Below, in pieces: positions 33,888 to 45,469 of a DNA stretch of 64,000 nucleotides (positions are counted from its first letter, which is position 1; each line of letters opens with the position of its first letter). The notes below the pieces were generated by a model. That model was not told the DNA's origin, did not search any database, and saw only the letters and a list, made by a program, of their open reading frames with translations. Source of the DNA: Rhodosorus marinus CCMP1338 (lineage: Eukaryota; Plantae; Rhodophyta); assembly GCA_029953675.1 (NCBI GenBank), contig JAMWBK010000003.1, positions 62,001-126,000 on the forward strand, in the 5' to 3' direction. Position numbers and translations under genes: made by a program.

Positions 33888-35955
33888 CTTCCCTGTAGGC
33901 TTTCCCTTTGTTAGTAGACTTTATTCTCCGCTTGGTCGTGGGGCTACCTATGACACCCTTGGCGCTTCCTCACACACGTTTGCGGCGCGCACAGGGGTAC
34001 AACAGGGTGATCCCTTGTCCCCTTTCCTACATGCCTGTGGACTACAACTCGTCTTGCTTTGTCTTCGCTCCGAATTCCCGCAGGTTCGTACGGTTGCATA
34101 CCACGACGACGTGTGCCTCCTGGGGCCCCCTGATACTCTAGCACTCGCTTATGATCGTCTCCGCTCCTTGGCTTCGCGGGTTGACCTGGAGGTTAATCAT
34201 CACAAATCGTTCTACTGGGGAGGTGTAGCTGCACAAGAGCAGCAGGTACCTGCGTCGTTCCAGGATATTTGGAGACCGGATGGTTTTGTCCACTTAGGCA
34301 TCCCCTACGGGTCGCCGTCCTTCGTTGAAGGCGAGTTGCTACAGCTCCTCGGTAAGCACAGACAGCTGGTTGCAGAGCTTCGACGGCTACCTCCGGGCTT
34401 TCTCCAGTGCTCGTTGTTGCTGTTTCGGTATTGTTGCAGTCAGCGGTTAACCTATTGGCTTCGCTCACTTCCAACTCATTGGGGCCGGTGGTTGGCCACT
34501 CGTGCGGATGCTGAAAGTTTCCGTGACCTGGGGTATTTTCTCGATGAAGAGCTGAGCGCTCTGCCGCGACCCACCTGTGATGTTGTGCGCGCCCAGGTAG
34601 GCCTCCCATTGCGATTGGGGGGACTGGGCCTCTGCAATCGTGTTGTGGTCCAACCTGCAGCCGCAGTAGGGGCCTGGGGAACCGCACTTCCCACTTTGAG
34701 CAGCTTGGGTATCTCGAAGTTCCGCAATTTGATGGCGAGCCTCTCGCGGGGTGTCTTGCTTCCCAGCGTACCGGAAAGCGCCCAAGACTTGTTTCTGGAG
34801 CTCCAAACCGCCCTGAATTCCTGTACTAGTCTCCCCGAAACCGTTCAACCCCGTCTTCCTGACTGGCGAGCTGTATTTGACCGCTCTCGAGGCTCCGCCC
34901 CGGGGATTCGTCCTGCGCCTGAACCTGTTCTAGGGGAGATTGACCCAGTGGTTGCCGCAGAAGAAGAAGTTCCAGTTGATCCTCCTGATGATTCCCAGCG
35001 CGCTGGGAGCCGAGCTCAAGCACGCACGGATGCGCTGCAAAATATCCTTTCTTGGGACTTGCACCGTGCTGCATATGGCCGACTCCTCGCGCAGATGGTC
35101 TCATCTTCTCGCGCTCGCGCCCGCCTACGTAGTCTTGGAGGGGTTATTAGCTCTCAGTGGCTCATGACCGTACCAGCCTTTCCGCCACTCACACTGTCGG
35201 ATTTCGAAGTGCGTACTTCACTGCGCTTATACCTCGGCTTACAGCAGCCCCCTTGGCCGTACGAGATGGGTTCGTCGTGCCCTCTCTGCTCTCAGACTGA
35301 AGACAACGCAGATTTTGGCGCCCACCTGCTCGCTAGTTGCCCGGCGGTGAAAGGTGCTCGAACCCGCCGCCACACACGGATCTTGAACCTGTTATACCGG
35401 GAACTTCGGCCTATAGTCCGGCAAGCCGGTCTGGAAATCGAACGTGAGAAACCTTTACCCGTCGCGGACTTTCAAAATGATGAACGCCGTGTAGCCGACC
35501 TGGTGATCACCTGTGACGACAGCCGCCGTACCACATACGTTGATCTTGCTGTTCCTAACCCTCAAGCTAGTCGTTATCTCCCGGCTGCGGGGGAGCGCCG
35601 TGGATCTGCCGCCGCCAGCATGAGACGCCGCAAAGAGATCAAATACGCGGGGGCTTTGTCTTCCCCTGGTGTTCGTGCTTCGGCACTAGCACATCGCTTG
35701 GTACCCCTGATCATTGAGTGCTTTGGGTTCATGGACTCTGTTGGTTCTCGCTGGCTTCGGGAGTTGTTCCGCGAACGCCCTGACCGTCTTCAATCGTTGT
35801 TTACCCGCTTAAGTTTCCTGCTGTGGCGCATGAATGCCGCTTTGATGTTGGAGGCGCGAGTACTTCGCCGCGCTTAGTCTTTTTTTCCCCTCGGGGTTTT
35901 TTTTTTTCAGCCTCCGATTAAACCATTCATTCATTCACTAAACCATTCATTCATG
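33888..35955 (+). mobile_element. Family 2 5'-truncated copy with an open ORF2 frame (33888-35877) and an (ATTC)n-type tail
   Basis: Near-identical to 18658-20700 but in frame across the two breaks of that copy. Ends AAACCATTCATTCATTCACTAAACCATTCATTCAT. Confidence 0.92.
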
Positions 35956-36002
35956 CCTTCTGTCATCCCATGGGTGAGCCGCTTTGGAAAGCTTCGCGGC
36001 CG

Positions 36003-36230
36003 CTTTCATATTGGTTAATAATAATAAAAAACAGGTTTCTCCTTTGAGCACCGCCTTAATTTTCAAGCGTAATTCAATGTCTGTTAATAGTCGTTTGGAA
36101 ACCTCCCGGACACTTTCATATTCGTTAATAATGAAATGGTTTCTCTTGTGAGCACATGCTCTAATTTTCTAGCGTGATTCAATGTCTATTAATAGACGTT
36201 TGGGAACCTTCGCTGACACTTTCATAATTG
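36003..36230. repeat. Degenerate ~110 bp tandem repeat, about 2 copies
   Basis: CTTTCATA recurs at 36003, 36113 and 36219 with similar intervening sequence. Confidence 0.75.
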
Positions 36231-36704
36231 TTCACAACCAACGGGCTTCTCGGCACCAGAGGGGTTGCAGCGCACGCCCCTGCTGCTCTTCAGGTTCCAG
36301 GAACAGATCTTCTTGGTGAATTTCGCCGTGATGGTGGTGGTTGTTTTGCAATGTTGTGATCGGATATTTCATGCTCGAGCGCAAAATCGTTTATCCATCC
36401 AATTGTACTGCTGACGGCGCCGAGTTTGCTCAGATACACGCGGTTTGACTGCGTATCGATAGAACTACGATAAAACCACTAGGACCACGAGAAAAGCTTG
36501 GCTCAAGATCAGGAGATAATTACGAGCCCGGCAAGCGATTCAAATCACGAACACGAGGAGCCGCTCAAAGGATCTTGACGGGCCCCATAGCGCAATACTC
36601 ACGACACTGCCGAAATGCGTTGTGGTATCTGAGTAGACGACGAGAATAAAACCACTATGTATGTGACGTAGGTGACATCAGCAAAACCACTTCGGTTTGA
36701 AGTG

Positions 36705-37140
36705 AATTACTTTGTTCAATCGGAGACTGAAAAAAAAGGAGGAAAACAAGACTACGCGCGGTGAAGACCGCCGGCATCTAACATCGAAACACCGTTCATA
36801 CGCCACAGAGGAAACTTAAGAGGAGTAGACAACGAGTAGGGACGGTCAGGGCGCTACCAAACCAATCAAAAAACCCAAAAACTCAATGACCAAAAAGGTA
36901 TCCTAAAGCTCGGTGAAATACGGAAGATACGCCCCCCGCATATTTCACTTATTTGCGAGGTCTCATCGTGGCAGGGGTAGTTCCACGGCGCCTCCCGCGG
37001 CCGGCAAATAACCGCTAGCCTGATGATTAGGTACAGCAATATCAACCTACTTCGTTCGACGCCTATCGTCGCAGGTGACCATGAGGTCCGTCATTTTGGT
37101 AGTCCAGTAAAGAGAACGGGCTTCTCTCGTTCAATTTCAA
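36705..37140 (-). mobile_element. Old degenerate family 2-like RLE and 3' end
   Basis: TCAGTCTCCGATTGAAC terminus; relic of LSFLLWRMN...LRRA and GLEIERE. Confidence 0.7.
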
Positions 37141-37514
37141 GACCGACTTGCAAATGTCAGGTCAAGTCAGCGCTTCATCCGATACGAAGTCCAATCAACA
37201 AGAATTAAGATCTAGAAATCCATTTTGGAGGATGAATGGATGAGGATAGATGAATGCACAGTAGTCTGGGGTTTGCTAGCCTAGTACTAAAAATAGAATA
37301 GTGGAATAATCCCATACGACCGCAATGCTTCACAAACCATGGAAATTATGGGTCCTACATCAGCCCCTTGGCGAGCCAACTTTGGGATGTCAACCTTACA
37401 GTCTCTGTAGTTCCGATTGATAATCTGGTAGTAGAGCACGCCCTATGGCAGCATAGGGCCTGCCCTATCTGCACTATGCATATTGTGGTTTTCCGTTTAT
37501 TCCAACCACCGAAT

Positions 37515-40500
37515 GTAGCCTGGGTGAGGCGCAAGGAAGACAGGAGGGGCTAGGCTAAGCAGCCCCACAGTGGGGTAGAAGACTACTTTCTATAGGGAAC
37601 AGCGTCCGAACATGATTATCTTTGCGCATGGCATGGATCGCCAAGCGACCCGTGCCTCGCCATAGCTTTCGAGTAATATCCATGCAAATGAGCGTTTGCG
37701 CGTCCGCCTTGTGCTCAAGATGTGCAGTAGTTTCGGTACTGAAGTCTTGGGCCCCTTGCCCGGGTCGTCCAAACCCTTCAACGGCGAAGGGTACAAATTG
37801 GAAGTCATTGTGGTCACCGAGGGAATCCCGATATTGGGTTCGTTTTCCCGGCCTCAGCGTTAGCTGCGGCAAAACCAGTTTGACATGCGGCTCGAACGAG
37901 GAGGTGGGCTCGCAGTGGGGATTCCACCTTGACGTCAATTACGTACTGCTTACCTGCGCGGTGATGACGCACGGCAATATCTGGTCGAAGACGACTACCC
38001 TCAAAAAACCCGCAAGGCTCGGCTTGAAGATCACGAAGGTGCCACCGAGCTGAGGTGACACGCGAGTTCATCACGAATGCGGTTATGGCGCAGAGTCCAA
38101 ATTCCCAGCCGAAGTAGAACAGTGGAATAAACGTTGAGTCCCATCCGCTGCGTGAGTTTTGGCACAGACTGTGCATTCAGGAGTGGTGCGAAGACCAGGT
38201 GTCGGGAGTCCCAAACGAAGGCGAAAGCTGCAGCGGATTTCTTCGGTGGAGAGCAGCTCAGATCCCGTGCTAGGAAGGTCACGAAGCCAGCCACCGGCGC
38301 CAGCACCAGAAGCGGATCGGACTCGAGCGTGGGCGCGATCGTCAAGAGCAGAATTATCCACGATATCCTCAAACGCTCTACGGTGACTCTCCTGCGAGAG
38401 TAGTTGTTGTAGTGGAGTTGCGAGCGGAGGATGGTTTGAAGAAGCACCGGCAGCACCGGTGGGAAGCGCTTTAGACCAAAGAGCGAGCGTGCGAATATGG
38501 GCCGGGCGTGCGAGAGCTGAGGGGGGTGTCGTCCCGCAGCTAGCGAGCACGAGTTGGTGTTCTAAGTGATCTGTGGAACTGGCGAGATCCTCCAGGGAAA
38601 AGTCCGTATTGGGATCCGCACTGCGACACGCCGTGCCCGGACGTCTCAGAAAGGGATTTTCGGCGGCATTATGCTGGAGAGTGCGAAGCTAGGCAGCGTA
38701 AAATTCGATCGGTTTAACTCGAACTCGTGTAGCCAAGCCCAGCCCACCCACTTGCCCAGTAGGCGAATTTGGGCTTTCACGGTATCGAGCTGTTCTGGAG
38801 GGAGACCCTGGAGGATAAGCAAACTTCCGCAAACTTCCACAACGTATCCAACTCGTGCAAGGCGATTACGTGCTCCTCAGAAGCAAGAACTGCGCCGAAA
38901 GGAAGAGCCAGGAACCGGAGATGATAGTCCAACCGGGGACCAGCACTATAGCGAAACAGGGCCAGTTTCGTCTATAATTCGCCTTCCGGGAGTGTCTGAA
39001 TCCCCTTTACGAGCTTGGCGTGTACATTTTGCATCATGCGGCATGCTTGCAGCACAAAGACCGGTTGCCCACTGGTACGGAGTGTAGCATCACTCCATTG
39101 GCGCGTAACATCAACCGCAGGGAAGTCATGATGGACAAGCCGCCGCGAATCACTCTTATGTCCGAAGAGGACGCACTTATCCGGTTGAATTCGGGCGCCG
39201 AGAGAACTTAAGACTCTTTGACTCCATTGGAAGGCCTCTTGAACGGTGTAGTACGGGCGAACAAAGCTAATGTCGTCCTGCAGCGCGAACACCGTGAGGT
39301 TGGGAAAGAGATCGCGAATGGCCATAAAATACGGGGAAAGAGCAAAGGCATGGAGCACCGGTGCTAGGGGATCACAGTGTTGAACGCCAGTACGCGAACG
39401 TGGGAAAATCCTATCCTGCGCGGAAGAGCCTTCTTCAGGGAGCCATTTGAAGTGGTACGAGCCGTCTGCAGAGTCACGGCCATAGCCGAGAAATTAGAGG
39501 GGGAGCAGCTCCGGAAAGCGAACGTCAAGGATGCGTTTTGCAAGACTACGGTCGATGCGATTAAACGCGTTTGCTAGGTCGAGTTTCAGGAGAATGTGGT
39601 CTGGCTCATAGTGTAGACGGGCTTGGAGAGTGTGTATAACTCACAACCGCCGGAGACACCATTACCTAGTTGAGTAGGCAACAGCAATTCACGAGCACGA
39701 GGCACAACGTGTTGGAGACCCATTGTGAAGCAACCTTGCGCAGCACCTCGAGAATGCCAATGGGTTGTAAGCGGGAAGACGATGGCTCCGACTCCAACTT
39801 TGAATGCTTGTCCAGAGCAACATGGTGACTACTCCGTAAACTGTGGAGCAGGATCTCGGGCAGATTCTCAGGTTCCGTAGAAAGCTTGCGAAGAAACCGA
39901 ACCAGGGCTGGACGGACATGATGTTCCAGAGCTTGTAAGTGCTCCGCACGAAGCCCGCTAGGGCCCGGGCTGCGAGCATCCAGAAGCCGTCGCAGACGCG
40001 CCAATAGAGATTCATCCGAGGCTCGTCGCGCGTTCCACGGGGGAATCGGCGTAGGTGTAGAGGCATTCACATTTGTAGACATTCACAGTTGTAGGCAAAG
40101 ACTCCTCGAGTTTTGGATGCAGCGCTTCTTCAGGAACGTCTGGGAAGAGAGCTTCCAGCGCCTCCCACGTTTGTTGAGTTCTTGGGTCCAGCTGGGTCGA
40201 AAGAATATGCTGGGCGGCTTGAGAGGGGCGTCGAATTTTCGCCTGATGGAGAACGCGATGGGAGGAGAACGGCGAGCGAGTGGTACGAAGTCCGGAAGGA
40301 GCGCCAGTGGTGTGCGTGCGCGTAGCAGAGAGATAAATCCACACATATTCGAAATCGCCCTCGAGCAACAGTTCGACCTGGGCCGGTATAGTAAGATCTC
40401 GCGCATTGCCGAGCATCAAGGTAGGCAGGACCTGGACGAAAGGCGCCGGATGGCTGGGGCGTTGTCATCCAGGGCAAGTTCCAGGGCGTGTTTGAGGAGA

Positions 40501-42050
40501 ACGCTCCAGGCAAGGACTTGTCCCGAAGGGACGTGTTGTCGCGCATTGGTGGTAGAATGAGTCAGAGCACCGCCAAAAGTTGCCGTGTTCGGCGTGCGTT
40601 TGAAGGAACGAATCCAGTTGAGAGACCCACCTGTCCACGTCCGCGTAGAACAGCTGAGTTTGGCGGACGCGCTTCCGCGAGCGGGAATGGGAGCGCGGAC
40701 GACTGGCGGTCATGCTTGAGGGGAAGAGTTCTCCTGTTCAGCATTCTCACGTACGGGTGTACTCGCGGAGTCTAGTTCCATTGCCTCAGTCTTGGACTGG
40801 GACGAAAAGGAGGTTCGGTGGAGCTCAGTCTGTTGGGAGTCACCTTGACAGGTGTCCTGTGTACTTGTTCCCGGCCCTTCGTGAGGATTCTTGGACGAGA
40901 CCTGAGCGTCCGAATCCTGTAGGGGAGCACCCTCCGTAGCCAGATCGGTAACAGTGGGACCCGCGGGCTCTTCTCTCCCATCCTAGATAGCTTCGCCAGC
41001 ATGGTGTGTGTTATCTTTGGGGGTTTGCAAACCGTGTAAATACTCCAGACGAGAATCAATAGCCTGGAAAACAAGGTTCATGATCCGGAAGCCGACTGGT
41101 CTCCCGGAAATCTGGCTCCCCAATCTCTCCATTTGGTCCGCAGCTCGTCGAAATACTAGCTTTGAGTACTCTTCCTCCGTCAAACCGCAGCTCTCCGTGA
41201 AGCCCACAAGAAGAGATCCGTCGGGGTCCGAGTAGTATCAAACCTGATCTGTTTCTGTGCGGGACGATTGGCGTACGCGGCAAACATGCCCTTGCGAAAC
41301 ACACCCCTGTCGATGGCACCCTGCACCAGTTGAACGGCATCGGGATGGAGTACAGCGAAAACGTGCGAAGATATGTAGTCCACGCGCACGAGCTGCTGGG
41401 AGTTCAGCCCCAGAGTTTTCGCCAGGTACGCAGCGAGGTCCCTGGGGGAGGTAGGATCAGCTCGGGGAGGCCGAAGGTTTGTAAAAGTGCCAAAGACCGG
41501 AGTAGTGTCAAGCGTCCATGTTGTAGCACCGAACGCTGAATGTAGATGTCGCTGACCTTGGTGTTGCGTGAGGTCAGATTCGGGTGAGTACGCGGGCGCA
41601 CGGTGCACACGGAGCACCGATGGATTAGCTCGGACAGCCCGGTCATAGCTGCCGGGAGCTGCGTGCTGCTCCCCGCAGCAGGCCCATCAGAGCACAACAG
41701 TGAGGGAATTCAGCATCGGAAAGTTGATTGGGCATGCAGTCATTATGGCCGTATTGATTGTTGAATCTCGTGGCGAATCTCACTCCGGCGGCCGTTGGCA
41801 GGGGTTCTGGGGTTTCTGGGCGTGTGGTTCCGAGCATACTCGGGTACCGGGCATTGAGGGTTGGCGGCTGACGTAGGGCCTGAAATATGGCGCCTGGAAC
41901 TCTTCCTTCCGAGTTGATGTGTGTACAGCTCTTCCACGAGGTGGAAGAACCAACGGATCTCGGCTGGTGGAGTCTCGAGTTGCCGGTAGGCGGTCGTCAT
42001 TGATGAGCATCGCGCGAGGAAAGTTTTGGCACCAAAAAAGTCCCCCTTTT
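37515..42050 (-). mobile_element. CRE-like family 4, full-length but heavily degraded (closest to family 3)
   Basis: ORF1 relic RDLAAYLAKTLG...VDYISSHVFAVLHPDA. ORF2 relic SPGPSGLRAEHL, LQPIGILEVLRK, LDLANAFNRI, ALQDD, LRHNRIRDELA, RPDIAV, IDVKV, FVPFAVEGFG. Ends are approximate. Confidence 0.85.
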
Positions 42051-42149
42051 GGCGTAGTAGCTTCTAGGTTTGCGCCGTGATTAGAGGAAAGGGACACAGG
42101 TACCTCTGCCAACTCCTGCACCCATGTTCCGCCGCTGACCTCTTTCCGT

Positions 42150-43370
42150 CATGTTCCAAGTTGCACTTTACGGAGAACTTGCCGTGGAGAGGGGTTGTCT
42201 TCCCGGAGGATATCCGTTGGCAATATCCATCCCACGAACTCTTCGTCTCGTACAGCTCCTCAATTACTTGTTGGTCTTTGGTCTCCAGAAACAAAAAAAT
42301 GCATATTGTGGTACTAATTTCAACGGTTTTGCTCGAAAATGTGGCATATCCGATGGCCAAATCGTCTTCCAACCGGCCCGGCTTGGCTTTCTCTTCTAGG
42401 ATCCTGTCCGAGATATCAGGATCAAGGTGTGCTGAAGTATCGAGGTCATCAAGATCTTCTGGTACAGAATTTCTTTTCACGTCTCCCTTTCCTGGTTCCG
42501 TTCTGGGAGCTGGTGAAACCGTTGCTTGCCCAGTTTGCATTGCTCTACCTCCAACTCTCAATCGCGTATGTATCTTAGGGCGTTCGTCACCGACGTTGTT
42601 TTCTCGTCATGTTGTCGATCGCCCCACCTAACCATCTCGATATACTTGATCATGTCACGAAGCAGCTTTGCTCGTTTCGCCGTGTGCGTCCACGAAAGCT
42701 CCGCAGTCTCTCACAGTCGGCGGTCTGCGAGCCTATTCCGGTGACCAGTATCGCCACTTCTGCCAGTTTTGGGGCATGCTCTCTGTAGATCTCCCAGAAA
42801 AGACTTGGCCTTCGATGGGCTCTCCTTCCCAGCTTTCGCGATGTTGAAGCCTTTGACCTGATCGAGTAGGCTCTCGATCTGGTCCTGGAGATTAGTCAGC
42901 TCCGGAGGCTCCGGTTCAACTGCATCCGAATCCCGGCTTGTGTGCTGATTCCAGCAACCTGGAATCCACCAGACCGCGAATGCTCTCAAACGTATCTGAA
43001 GGTCCCCAGCACAAGTGAGGAATTCGCAAGTAACGAGATCAGGAAAAAGAAATTCAGGGCCTGATGCCAAGTAGCCTAACTTTCGCGTACCGACGAAACA
43101 ATCTCGTCTTTTTTTACCAACGCTCAGCCCGACTCAGCACAGCCTCGGGCCCTTGAGCTACGCCATCTAGTCCTCCCTGCGTAGGCATTCATCCATCAGG
43201 AAGTCGATCCGCTCGGTGAGTGCAGCTTTTTCTTCGCTCGTCAATTCTGCTTGATCGAGCACCACGCTCCTCACCCAGAAGAACGTGCACGCAACAACAA
43301 CTCCATTAATAAACCCTGTCTCGCATACTGCTTGTAGCAAGCAGAGCGCTCTTGCGAGAGGCATTATGAA
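42150..43370 (-). other. Possible multi-exon hypothetical gene or relic
   Basis: Three protein-like ORFs on the same strand (43167..43364, 42711..43070, 42064..42561). No recognisable domain. Confidence 0.3.
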
Positions 43371-43995
43371 GTTGAGTGTCTTCCAAAAGTCACTCTCCTA
43401 ACAAGCGATTCTGTAAGGCGCCTGCTACTGAAAGGTGTGATCGCCCCGGAGTAGAAACACAGACCCAACCTTGCTCGCTTTGTACACAAAGGTCCGTGAA
43501 TGATAGGGAGACCGTTTACAGGAACTCACGCAAGGGGAAATGATGAGCCTATAGGGGAGTTATGGAATCCCAGGTTTGTTGATCGGCTGCGTGCGTTGTG
43601 CTGATAAAATCCTGCACCCTTCCTCAGAGTTTTCCCAGCTCTCTAGTATTCTAGTGAGATGCCCAAGAAAAAGGAAACAGAGTCGTCTCAAATAAGCTTG
43701 AGGAATTGATCATCTTCGGTCATCAACCCGTAGGTCAATCGAGTCAACGGATTCCATATCCTGCCTTTACGAGTTTCACTTCGAGAGCGGGGAGTTGCTC
43801 TCTGGCAAAGGCCCTCCTTAAGAAGAAATTCCGTCTCGCTTTCTCGCCGCCTTCCCAGACTTGAAAAAAGAAGAAATATTTTATTGAAACACTTTCAAGA
43901 AGGTTCAAAGCGACAACTACGCCGATGATATAGATGTTACAACACTAGTCCATTCACGAGAACGATTTGATGCAGACCTCGTTCTTGAAACGGAC

Positions 43996-44287
43996 TTATG
44001 GGAGCTGCCTTCGCTTAATGGGGTCGGTTAAGACCTCGTAAGCTATCGTGCATTGCTGGAACTTTTCCCTAGCATTTTCCGAAGGATTCAGGTCGGGATG
44101 GTACTGACGAGCCATTTTTCTATATGCAGTCTTCAATTCTCTAGCGGTGGCGCACCTCCCAACTCCGAGGATACTAAAATAGTCCTATGCATATGAAATT
44201 CCAAACCATCTGAGCGCAGAAATGTAACAACAAATGCGCAGGTCCTCCATCAACTATCATACTCACCACGTCCATACGGACCTCCAT
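43996..44287 (-). CDS. DnaJ J-domain (Hsp40 family), partial or truncated
   Basis: Not in the ORF track. Exon 44184-43996 reads [62 protein letters not shown], with HPD at 44100-44092. GT-AG intron 44266-44185. The start codon is uncertain. Confidence 0.8.
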
Positions 44288-45328
44288 TCTAACTGCATCC
44301 CGTTTAGACCTGTGCACTTGTGATGATGCTACATGGCCTATGGCCTTCCCGTGAAACTCGCTGTGCCTCCCACACGCGCGTCGGTCCTAAAGATCCCAGG
44401 GAAATATTGCATTTACCGTTAGGAACGGGTGAAAAAAGACGGTCCCCGGAGGCACAAGCGCAATACCTTTCCGGCAGCCGCGAATCCACTCAACGGTACA
44501 AAGCCAACGGATTCCATCCCGATCTTGCACAAGAGTCTTGCAGAATTCAACACATACGACGGAAAGCGATTCTCCCCCTCACCCTCAAACAAACAGACGT
44601 CCCCAAACTCTTAAGCTCTCCCCTCCGCACCAGCCCCGCCACACCCTCCCGACAGAACCGGAATTGCACGTCATCCCCTTTAAGAAGCAGACCTACCGCA
44701 AGCCCATTCACATCTAGATTTCCCCCCTCTTTTGTTAAAACCTCCAGACAAAGTCGAGATACGCGGAAAGCCAGTCCGTTCTCACCACCGCCGCATTTTC
44801 AAACCCTTTCTGAATGACTTTTCAAAAAGTATAAGACCCCCAGACGAATAGAAAAATGCGTTTACCGATAAGCAAGCACGATCATTGGCTACCGTCAACT
44901 CCCATTCCAACATATCAACAATGCAATGCGGCTATTCCGACCTTTTGACTATCGCATCTCAATGCAGGTAATGGCTGTCATCCGCACACGGATACCATTC
45001 GACTTTTCGTTTCTTCTACATTAGCAATTTTCTTAAGAAATAGAGTATGCGCTGAAGTTTTGAGCATCCTTCAATCAAATTCTTCCCGACACGCTACTCA
45101 AAATCCCTGAAATACATGTGACGGTTGAGAAGCAAAGCCAATCATCATCGCCGAGCAGGTTTGAACACTCTGCTCCTAAGAAGTGAAAACACCAAAGAAA
45201 AAAAAATAAGGCTGCCCCAGATTTCATGAATTGAGGCTCAACAATAATAATAATAAAAAAGAATAGTGACTTAATTTGACACAGGCAGAGCTGTCGCCTT
45301 CGCATGGGGGGATCGACTATTCTAGTGT

Positions 45329-45469
45329 GTAGAGTTGTGCCAAGTGGGCCTACTCAATCCCGGCCGGGTTTTTCGCTGTTTACCTCTCTAAACCCCACCT
45401 CTTTTCGCGGGTTTAACCACTTCTGGGTCGTAAACAGCTAAAAACCCGACCCACTTGGCACAACCCCTA
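45329..45469. mobile_element. MITE copy 2 with an 8 bp target-site duplication TCTAGTGT (hAT-type)
   Basis: TIRs AGAGTTGTGCCAAGTGGG / CCCACTTGGCACAACCCCT. TCTAGTGT at 45321-45328 and 45470-45477. Confidence 0.8.

Noticed and set aside
1-42050. U2 snRNA, spliced-leader, tRNA or rRNA target genes at the insertion sites
   Set aside because: I recognised no such RNA gene sequence at any element junction. An Rfam scan would be the decisive test.
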